From assembly GCA_027923505.1 (NCBI GenBank), contig BROI01000015.1:310001-374000 (forward strand): 64,000 nt of DNA, given 5' to 3'. Shown here one piece after another: positions 54,252 to 64,000 of the stretch. The translations under genes were made by a program, and so were the position numbers. The notes below the pieces were generated by a model, which was not told where the DNA came from, made no database searches, and was given only the letters and a program-made list of their open reading frames with translations. The DNA is from Mayamaea pseudoterrestris (taxonomy: Eukaryota). Numbering within the stretch: the stretch's first letter is position 1; every line of letters starts with the position of its first letter.

Positions 54252-57043
54252 TCAATAGTCCGTGTTTGTCCAACCACCGCCACGAGGATATCTTGGGTTG
54301 CCATAAGCCGGCCCTGCATGAGATGAAGTGACAGTTAGAGGCTGCTGTACTGCTTGTCCTGGACTCACGACGCCACAACTTGGACAGTAGACAAGAGAAG
54401 AATGTACTGCGGAGGAGACAACGAATGAGGATTCGATATGTGCTCATGCTTTTTACACGAGAAACGCCATGCACACTCACCTGGAGCTTGAAGCCGGTTG
54501 CCACAACCTTGGCAGAGAATTATATGTGATCGCCCGCTAAGGACAGCCCTTTGGGTCATGACTTGTCCACGCCGCAGCAAGTCACTTTGGGCCCACAAAT
54601 CATGGCTTGATGGCGATGTAAGTGGCAGTGAAGAGACCAAGTGGTTCTCCTGCCACAAGTAATGATTCCTTTCCTGCATCTCCATGACACTAGGCGAAAG
54701 CTGTGCGCGGCCCATCTGCTGCAGGCGTAACATACGCTGGCGCTCTAATTCCAACAGTTCTTGACGCTGACTAAATTCCCAATCATCTGGATCGGCCGAC
54801 ATTGGACGGATAGTGTTTGTCTGCAAATACGCGGAATTAGGCTGCGATCGGTTAAAATGATTCGCGTATCGGCTCTCAACGCCCGGGTGATATGTTCTTG
54901 ACCCGATACTTTCGGCACGCTTTACATGCTCACGTTCTGCTATGGTAACCTCGACGCTGCCAGTCGACCGGTCGTAAAACTGTCGCTCAAAAGCTTCCTT
55001 CCTTCGCTGTGTTTGTTCTAGAGTCTCAGGACTTAGAATGCGTGTATGCGCGGTATAACTTGTATGCCCCGAATGATCATGAAGTGCAGAATGGGAACAA
55101 TTTGACGGCACTTGATTGTGTAAATGCACGCGCGATGGCGATGTAAGTGCGTCTTCATTCACCAGAGGCTGATTCTGTTGCTTCCTTCGAATCTCCTCAA
55201 GAATATAACGCTGTTCTTCGACGGACGACTGATTCATCGCATTAGCGCTCGTAATCGCATCTCGCCTTCCACCAAGCTCGTCGCGCATAAGCATTGTGGC
55301 CACTCTGGCCGCAATTTCCGCGTCAGTTTCTGTCCCACATGAATTCACTCGGATGTCTGCCACATCATCCGTATTGTTAGTTTGATGCGACAGTTCTATT
55401 TCTAGCTCTTCTTGCAATCGTCTCGCTAGCTCTTCGTCTGCGAGTAGTTGCTGTTGCATATTAAAATCAATGGTGGATGCGCGCGCCTGACCCTTAAGCT
55501 CTTGCAGGTAGACAGACTCGTAAATACTTTCCTCTGGCAGATCATCGTCGACAGCCGCACTGACAACATTAACCGTTTGCTTGTTTTGTTTAACCACCTG
55601 CTCAAAGGTAGCCATGTGACGTTCGTGCGGCTGAGCACTGATGTCCCCTTGCTGTCGTTCCGTATGATATGGTCGAATTAATGCGCAACCAGCATTCAAT
55701 CCTTTGTCATATCGTTCGTCCGTACCATCGATCGACTGTGGTGTCTCCCGAAGTACCAAAGGTGACGTTTGCGAGCATTTGCCAGTTGACTGACCGGACT
55801 TGCCATCGTGGGCTTCATCGTCAACCGAAGTCAAGTCTTTACTGCCCTCACTTTGCTCGTCTTCATTGCCCTCACTTTGCGCCCAATGATCCTTATCCCC
55901 GTCTTCATGGACATCACTATCATTGTTGGTACGATAGTGCGGCGACGTTTGCCCATCAAGAACAATTTCAAACGTTTTTGCTGCATCATTGTCGAAAGCG
56001 CGATTATAGAAAGATGTTTGAGCAGCTGTAAGTGATTCCAAGTCGGCAGCGACAGTCGGCGAGGCTTCGATCGTTGGAAGAGTAGGATTTGCTCGGACCC
56101 GAGGACGAATCTGTTGCTGAGGAGATTCGTAAATATCCTGGTAATCTTGATGAACCGGCGGTGGTGGAGGTTGAACTGATTGCTGAACCCAACGTTGGTG
56201 CTGTTGCTTGCCAAGGCCAAACAGAAATTTCTTGAGCGCTCGAGGAGACGACTCGACTGGTTTGTTGGTTATAATTGTTTTGCTGGGTACAGCTGCAGTC
56301 GCAATATTGTCGTTCAATAAATTCTTGCCTCCTCTCAAGGAGAACCTCAGGCTTCGACGTTTCGACTTGTCGCGAGTGGGGGCAATTTGCTCACTACCGA
56401 CAGTATTCTGAAGTATTGCGTTGTCCAATTGTGCTGCATCGAAAGCATCATCATTCGCTGACTTTAATGACAAGGTGTCTTCCGAATCTGATCGAGAGTG
56501 TTGCATTCGGGTTGGAGTAGTTTCGTTGGGCTCGTCGGCGTAAGATGTCGTCATGCTTTCAAAGAAAATAGGAATATCATCGCAGGATGGCCGTTTGCTC
56601 TTGCTTGAGCGTCGTTCCCGTCGGCTCATGGCATTTGACATACTCTGCTTGCCAGTGTTGGCTGCAAAGAGGAAACTCTTGCGCATCCGTTGTGGTGTCG
56701 TGGGTTTCTCGGCAATGATATTCTTGGCCGTCGCATCCGAATTACTGGAGTCATCGCGCTTTTGTAACAAATTTATTCGCCTAGTGCTGCCCGAATTTTC
56801 CATCGTCTGGATGCAGCCGATGCTGGTATCAAATTTGTTTTGATGGCCGGCGAACGATGCAAGTGATGATGTTCCGTATTGGCGGAAGGCGTCGCGACTC
56901 GGCGCACACACGTTCGTCCTTTCTTCCTCCGTTGCTAAAGTTGAGTGGTTGGGTAGCAAAGGATCCGATTTTTGATCGAAATCCGATGCAGCCGACTCAT
57001 TGTCGCCGAAGGAAACCGATGACGAGTTTCGTTGTCGCTCCAT
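54252..57043 (-). CDS. Disordered protein with MIU-like ubiquitin-binding motif(s) and a C-terminal LSD1-type C4 zinc finger; intron 54407-54480
   Basis: DEELARRLQEEL and DAEIAARV motifs. Splicing GTGAGT..CAG yields CQGC-x14-CPSC and a stop at 54252. Confidence 0.75.
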
Positions 57044-58877
57044 AATTGTTTACTGCTTTCTCTGCCCTGCGAATCCGTAAACTGCTTCACCTATACGCCA
57101 ACCGTAGTGAAAGCAACAACAAAAGCACCACTCTATTAGCTTCGCAGCTTGTTATGAAGGAAGGATACAGCAGGGTCAACGACGAGATTTTGATGGAGGG
57201 TCGCCGCGCAGTTGTGGCTCAATGGCTCAATGGCAGGCACCATGTACCATGTTGATGGTCCTCATCATGAGCCCCCACAAATATGACTTGGCCCAGTCTC
57301 GAGTTCCGATTTCTTTCTCAAAATGACTGCCAAAACAGCAGGCTATAATAAAACTCATAGGTTGTGTTGAAGTCTTACCGTTACTGAGTTCGTTGCGACA
57401 AAACCGACCATCGGGCCCACACAATTCATTCGTCGAGCAAATTCACCAAGCCCGCATCCATCCTTGCACCGATAGACTGCTGCTCTGCTGACTAAAAGCA
57501 ATCGTTCCTTCATACCTGTAAATTGACGAGATTGAGCCACAACGTGCGTCCTTTTTAATGCCTCTTCAGGGGCCCCTGAGTATCACGAGTGCAGAGTGAG
57601 CAATGCACACTGCACTGCAAACTGCAAACTGTGCGTGCTTGCAACTGTCGTCGATGCATTGTACCATCGCTTCTTCTTGTTCTAGATTCAACAACTCACT
57701 AGTCATCTACACTTTCATCTCAGCGTGCGCTTTGTGGAAATGATTTTGAACGAGTCGGCGAATACTTTTGTCGCCGACGACTTTGTTCAACAATACGCAC
57801 AAGCGACACCGCCCGGCACGCTTCCTCCTCCGGCACTCAAGTACGAGAACTTACGCCTGGGCAATGGGACATGATGCTTTTCTCTGCCAGATACTTGCAG
57901 CGACGACCGAGCAGCAGGTTTGAAACTTCACCATTTTCATCCAACATCCAACTTCCAACTCTTTTACGACATGCTGAGTCGGGCACAGCGTCTCACCAAA
58001 ATCTTTCTCTGTCGAGTTATCTTGGCTGGTCGCACGAAGATTTTCACAGATTGGCGCAAGTCATGAATGAGCCGAAGAGTTTGCGTGAGTTTCGCATGCC
58101 GGTAGGAGGGTTCACACTTGTCGATGAGACGGTGGCCTTGGACTGCGTCGTTTAGCCCATGGCACAAACTTTAAAACTCTGGAGATTGGAAGACTTCAAG
58201 CAAATGGTGGGCGCAAATTGCCGCCATTCTCTGGCGATGCACTCATGCGCCTCGTTTGTTCGCCGCAAATCGAGGACTTGCACCTCAGTCCCTCGGCTTG
58301 GTATTGGACCATTTTGCAGTGCTGCCATTTAACTCGTTGCTTCAAACAATCTCCGCGATCTTGATATGTATGAAAACAAGCTCGAGCATGATCAATCATA
58401 TCCAGTTGCTCATGCAAGCTCGGCAGGAACAAGTCGCTGCCGTAATACTCTACTTTGGGACGGCAAGGTAACGTGCGAGCAGTGGGTGGCTTTTGCTGTG
58501 TCATGCAAGGACTTTCTCGACTGTCGCTACTACTTCATTTTGCACAACCCTGTCCTTTGCGTATTTTGTAATCTCGTGGAAGCGCGCATGTGATTGTGAC
58601 TCATGAACTCCGCGTTACCGACGGCGCACGATCGATCAACTACTTTGTGACGACTCGCCAGCGAGGCACAAGAACGTTTGCCGAAGGGCATCGGCACTGT
58701 AGTTGTTAATCTATAGTCAGTAGTATGAAATGGAGGTTTTAAAGCTATACTAGCGTGGAACGTTTCTGTCCTCCATCAAAATGAAATTAACAATCCGATA
58801 AAAAGACGAGGAGGCAACCTGTTCTCCAATGCACTCCGTCTATTTTCGCATACATATGCGACTTATAAATTATTATT

Positions 58878-59189
58878 TCATTTCTTGTCAGTCGCCTTTG
58901 CTTGCATGGATTGTGAACTAAACCGCGTCGGTGGCGGAGGCAAAACGCCAAACTTGCCCAAGATCCATGCCACTCTGTCCGATGGCTGCGCTCCAACACT
59001 GATCCAGTACTGCAGTCGATCAGTTTTAAGTCTGATTTCCTTGACGCCTTGCTTGCAAGCAATTGGATTGTACGTTCCAAGGACTTCAAAGAATCGGCCG
59101 TCACGAGGAGCTTTGGAATGAGCAGCAACGAGGCGATAAAAGGGCGAATGCGTGCGACCAAACCGCTGTAAGCGTAATCGAACTACCAT
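58878..59189 (-). CDS. RPS16: Bacterial-type ribosomal protein S16 (bS16m), nucleus-encoded, probably mitochondrial
   Basis: MVVRLRLQRFGRTHSPFYRLVAAHSKAPRDGRFFEVLGTYNP...YWISVGAQPSDRV. Confidence 0.95.
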   Translation of the reverse strand: MVVRLRLQRFGRTHSPFYRLVAAHSKAPRDGRFFEVLGTYNPIACKQGVKEIRLKTDRLQYWISVGAQPSDRVAWILGKFGVLPPPPTRFSSQSMQAKATDKK

Positions 59190-59721
59190 GTTATTGATCG
59201 AATTGTTTGCTTTGCAATTAGACAAAGAGGAGATTCAAGCACCAAGTGACTCTTGTTTTGATAACTTTGATCGAAGCGACGCAGAAATGAGCCGCTTGCC
59301 CTGAGTGTGAGTGCTGGTCTGTGTCTTATGCGACTCAAATGACGTCATCTTCACGATCCTTCGATGGTCGCGAGACTGCCACAGTTACTTACCGCGTTAC
59401 TAAATCGACAGGTATGTGCTTGTGGGACCAAGAAGCCTTGCCTGTGATTGTTTGAGAGCTTTGAAATTGTAGTATACTTGTAAGAAACATGTAACGCATG
59501 AGAAAGAAGAGGAACGAGTGAATATTGACAAAGATTGATCGCCACTGCATGCATGGCGTCGTCGGAACGATTGCCATGCAGCGTACGATTGCTGGTTTCT
59601 GGTTTCCGTTGTGACGATGTCGGCTGCTGTAATTATCAGCAACTTGGAATATTGACTGGCATTGCTGATTCTGGGTCTCTCATATACTTCTTTCGATTGC
59701 TTTACAGCAAAATAAAATACG

Positions 59722-60024
59722 ATGGGAAAGGTTCACGGATCATTAGCTCGTGCCGGAAAGGTCAAGGGCCAAACACCCAAGGTCGAAGCAGCAGAGGACA
59801 AGAAGAAGCAGCCGCGTGGTCGCGCTAAGAAGCGCCTGCAATATGTACGTTGATTCGACGTTTTTGGAGACAGTCAGGGCGTGTGAGTGAGTGCTTGACT
59901 TGCATTGATTAATGTGTTCTCACCTTTTCCTTTTACCCTTTAGAACCGTCGTTACGTCAATGTTGCGACCGGAATGGGAGGCAAGAAAGTAGGACCTAAC
60001 AGTAACGCTGACAAGATGAAATAG
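59722..60024 (+). CDS. RPS30: 40S ribosomal protein S30 (eS30); intron 59845-59943; missed by the ORF track
   Basis: Manual translation [21 protein letters not shown]...[17 protein letters not shown]...GPNSN. Confidence 0.96.
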
Positions 60025-60168
60025 AGCACAATTAAACTTGATTTAAACTATTTCCCGCGTACGTTTTGCAACGACAACGACGAATATACACGTGGTATAA
60101 TTTCGTAGATTACTATTCGTACAAGAAACTGACAGCGAACAAAAACATGCAAACGATGGTATCACAGA

Positions 60169-61872
60169 CTACGTTGCACAATTCTTCTCCACGCGACCAG
60201 CGGCCCGATTTCGCGCAATCAGGTCCGTCGTGCTCAGCGTATTCGTCCGCGGCACGGTAACGGCAATTCCGAGTTTCCTAGGCAAAGCGTAGTATGGATC
60301 GTCATCTGGATCGGGATACTTTTCTAAATACTCTTCTCCAAAGGCCACCCTGTGAATCTGATGCTCGTCCAAAAAGTCCTGCGTCAAACCAAAGCAGGGA
60401 GCATTGGGAATCACCTTGGTCACCGCCTTGCAGGCTTCCACTTCCGCACATCGCTCGGCGTGCGTCATGATGGGTGGTCGCTTGTAGGTTTGGGCGTCCG
60501 CATCTCCGACGACGCCAACAAAGAGACGATTGCCGAGAGCAAGGGCGTTTTGAAATGCCTTTTTGTGGCCAATGTGACATAGGTCGTAGACTTAAGAAAA
60601 GCGAATAGAGTGAATAAGAACAAATCGATCGGCTACATCGTCTCCACAAATCACTAGCTCCATTTTGTACTCACCTCCATCGCAATACACGTTCCGACAG
60701 TTGGTGAAAAGCGGCAGGTTCAAGTACGAGCAAAGGTCAGTCAAGACGGCAATGTAGTACGTCGCCACCAACAACAGAATGACCGTGTAGGAAAGAACGG
60801 CTGCCAGCGACATGACCACCACCCAGGGATGAAGCTCTCGTCCAGCCATTTTGGCCAGGGTCAAGTCGGACGTTAAGACAGCCATGAAGAGTCCGTCGCA
60901 AATAACGTCAAAGACGCTGGGCGAGTAAGCGACGCCAAAGTGCAGCAGCAAGGCGGGTATCAGTCGCATTGTTAGCGATGTGATCAAGCCGAACCGCGTC
61001 CAACCTGACTTGAGTCCAAGCGACTGCAATATAGCAGCCGCAAAGAAGCCATAGTACAGCACGCGAACCATTTGGCTTGCGCTTAGCAAGTTTGCATCCG
61101 GCGGATGAAGCAAGTCCACCAATGGATTCTGAAGCAACTTCACATACATGTTTTGCATGCCATCCATTCCAATAATGGCTCGCGTCGCCAGTAAAATGAT
61201 GCAACTAATCAAAACTTCCCCTGGTCCCGCTCCCAAATGGTACCGCATGCCCGCCTTGCGCTTGAATGCTGACAAGTGCTTCAAAAAGAGTATCAACTGT
61301 CCACATTGCACAGCGTACCACTGCGTCTGTACATCTGTTCCGCCCAAGCAATACGTTGTCAAGATTGCCAGCCATACAGTCGAGCAGCAGTCGCAACTGT
61401 ACTTGAACAAGTCAGTGAGAGCCGTATGTTGTCGTATGCGATCAGCGTGACGTCCCACAATGCTCGAGCAGCAAAAGAAGAAGAAAATGCTTCCCATGGC
61501 CAGCCAAGTACATGCAATTGGAAATTCCGTCCCGTACGCATTCGTCAAGTACCAAGCATTGCCAAGCACCAAGAAACCAGTCAGTGTAATGAGCGATGGC
61601 GCCAGCGTATCAGGTAGGCGATTGGCAAGATTGTCAAAAATGCCTCGGGTCGTGTAGTGCACCAAAGACTTGTTGCGCACAACTTCCTGCCATTTGCTTA
61701 ACGTTAATTTCTCAGATGGTGTCAAAAACAATTCCAGCCAGCCTTCCGTCGCGGCTTGGACAGTCTGATTGCCTCCCAAGTCGCCAGTAGATTGATGGCG
61801 GATTGGAGTGTTGCTGTTGCTATTACTGCTAATGCCATTCATCGTACTCCCATCCGTCAAAGTCCCATTCAT
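60169..61872 (-). CDS. Fusion of a CDP-alcohol phosphotransferase-like (CEPT/EPT) membrane domain and a C-terminal cytidylyltransferase; intron 60591-60674
   Basis: LPDTLAPSLITLTG (CEPT-like). Splicing gives VYCDGVYDLCHIGH (HxGH), YKRPPIM..AER and PRTNTLSTTDLI. Confidence 0.88.
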
Positions 61873-62132
61873 GCTTCTACGTACTGTTTACCTCTACTTC
61901 GGTAAATGTTACGGATCGAGAGCTTGTGTTGCAGTTAAAGTGGTTTTCGTTTCGTCCAAGAGCATCCGCCCGAATGTGCGACGGTCGAACGCCGAGCGAC
62001 ACTTTGATGATGTCGTACCACGAATCCAAAGTTATCGTAGCGGTACTTACAGTGCTGGACAGAGTCGAAACAATTAAGGTTCAGGCCCTGCCAGTGTCCG
62101 TTTGTTTCGGTTGATCCTCATGGCTGGATATC

Positions 62133-64000
62133 TGTTAATATCCAGTATCTGTGAATACTCAAGTTACTTAAGCTACAGAAGCAAGCCGACGTTACCAACA
62201 CGTCGGCAACGGTCCCCTTAAAGTAGCGGTAACAACTAAATCAAATCATTCTATTGCAAAGTACACGCAATCGTCTCGTTCCCCTTCTTCTTACCAAGCT
62301 AGTAGACTGATCATCTCCTACTTGACCAAGTCCTCAAGGTAACTCGACACAAGTTGCATTGATAGGTTATTCGTCCCAATCACGCGCCCTACTGCCGCTA
62401 CAAAATCTCGTTCTAGACCCCGAGAAAAGCATCATGTCTACCGACAACAACGACACGGAGCAGTTCTTCGACACTCCTCCTCCTAAACCCCGAGCTGGCT
62501 CTCCAACATCTGCTGCAGCTGATCTTGCCACGCTCATTACAGCTCTCAAGTCGATTCCATCCGACCAGCTTAAGATCCTCCTCCAAGCCGTCCAACCGAC
62601 CGACGCGTCGTCGCCTGGAGACACTCCTCCCAAGGATGAAACCTCTATTCCAACGGCCAACGAATATGTTTCCCTCATTGGTGGTTACCTCGATGCCGAG
62701 CGCAAGATTGCCTTCTGTGGAGGCAAACCGAATCTTGACTACACGCTCCCCCAAGTGCTCGAGGACGACCCGCTCGCCAAGCACATCCCCAAGACGCCAG
62801 CTTGCCACCGCGATCTCACCATGAAGCGTGCTGCTCAAGACTACGCCATTCGCATTGCTTTCAAGCCTTCAATTGGCAAGTTAGAGAAGGCCATGCCGAT
62901 GTTCGCGTGGGGCGAGCTCATCCTTCGTGCGCTTGAAACGACTGGCGGCGATTCTGTCACTTACTCGCTGTCGAGAGACAACAAGACGCGCGTTAGTGTT
63001 TGTACCAACTTTGATGTACTCACGCTCGCTCACGTTATCGCTCAAAGCAAGAAGGATGTCGCCAATTGGCGCCCGATGGACCACGAGAACAGCTCGATGG
63101 CGATCGAGTTCGTGTTGAATCACTTGAGCACGGCGATCCAACAGATTGTCGAGCCTCGCCGAAAGGAAGATGACACCTTCGCTATCTTCTTTATGCGCAT
63201 CGCTCAAGCCAACGCTGATCTCTCATACGAGGCTGCCGACAAGATGAAGGCCGAGCTCCGTGCTTACAAATTGACCGACGTTTCCTTCCAAGACGTTCAC
63301 CATTTTGGTGCCAAGTTCCTCAACACTGAGCGCCAGCTTCACAATGGCAAGCGCTGGGACCATTCCCTTGGATTAATCTTCATTAGAGAGCTCTCCAAAT
63401 GTCCATCGGAAGTTATGCGTGTTACGTTCATTGGCATTGGAGAACGGTACGACACTGCTCTTCGTGAAATCAATCCCCTCTCCTACGACGAGCAGCGCTC
63501 TCGCATGTTCAGTTTAAACGTTCATATCTCCCAGTTAGTTGAATGCGCTGACAATCTTTACGCTCAAATCAAAGCAGTTGATGGAGGATGGCCTCCGCTT
63601 GTCAATATTGTCGACAAGAAAGCGCCCGATATCAACTCGTTGACAAAACTCAGCCACGCCGAGCAAGCTGCTCTCATCTCAAGCGGCCAAGTTGACATCA
63701 ACAATCTCGTTCAATCCAAGGTCAAAGAGCTTCGCACAAAGGACAAGAAGCAGTTGGAAGCTTACAAGAAGCGCTTCGCCAAGCAGTCGCCAAATGGCGA
63801 CACCAACCCGCGCAATCCTTCTGGCGATTCCACCAAGACCCCGACGAAAAGCGAGCTGAACGCCCTTTACCAGCATGGCGCACAAAGCCGCCTGCTGCCA
63901 AACAATAAAGGCAAAAAGTCAAGTACAAGTTCCAATGGTGCGACAAGTGCTCCAAGTGGGTGTGGAATCATACGTCTGCAACTCACAAATCCAAGTCGCC
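62133..64000 (+). mobile_element. 5' part of a Ty1/Copia (CoDi-like) LTR retrotransposon: putative LTR 62133-62364, PBS-like 62365-62378, gag from 62434
   Basis: TGTTAAT...ATTGATA imperfect inverted termini followed directly by GGTTATTCGTCCCA, which resembles the copia-type GGTTATGGGCCCA primer-binding site; then a long gag-like ORF. Confidence 0.72.
62434..64000 (+). pseudogene. Copia-type gag-like ORF (>520 codons, open to the window edge), apparently frameshifted near 63835
   Basis: Manual translation has FCGGKPNLDY, LETTGGDSVTY, WRPMDHEN and GGWPP..DKKAP. The AWRTKPP and WCDKCSKWVWNHTSATH motifs lie in the -1 frame, with TAA at 63906. Confidence 0.65.

Noticed and set aside
57566..57579. 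14-bp perfect palindrome TCAGGGGCCCCTGA
   Set aside because: A few palindromes of this length are expected by chance in a window this size.
57740..58471. Chain of short plus-strand ORFs that might be a decayed gene
   Set aside because: No recognisable motif; cannot be supported without a translated homology search.
59611..59668. Possible C/D snoRNA (GTGACGA...CTGA) upstream of RPS30
   Set aside because: Short, non-canonical box C, no terminal stem, and the CTGAT fits a branch point of the putative UTR intron.

Overview
Gene-dense eukaryotic nuclear DNA with short GT-AG introns. The gene content (plastid-type bipartite presequence, GH16 glucanase, HSF-like, Hpt, PPR, Copia-type gag) points to a diatom; this is inference, not a database result. 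Recognisable genes: VIP1/PPIP5K, DUF445, PUB-UBX, Nup153-like, GH16 beta-1,3-glucanase, sulfotransferase-like, MPP-alpha, EDR2_C+CRAL-TRIO, ankyrin paralogues, HMG-box factor, PPR, DUF2985-like, Hpt, HSF-like, an LSD1-type zinc-finger protein, mitochondrial rpS16, rpS30 and a phosphotransferase-cytidylyltransferase fusion. Three structural features stand out. (1) An apparently perfect 11,903-bp head-to-tail duplication (26132-38034 / 38035-49937). (2) A dispersed family of 42-bp tandem arrays with a conserved 28-nt core and a more variable 14-nt linker, lying about 130-160 bp upstream of two unrelated genes. (3) The 5' end of a probably degenerate Ty1/Copia LTR retrotransposon at the right edge, which the ORF track misses.
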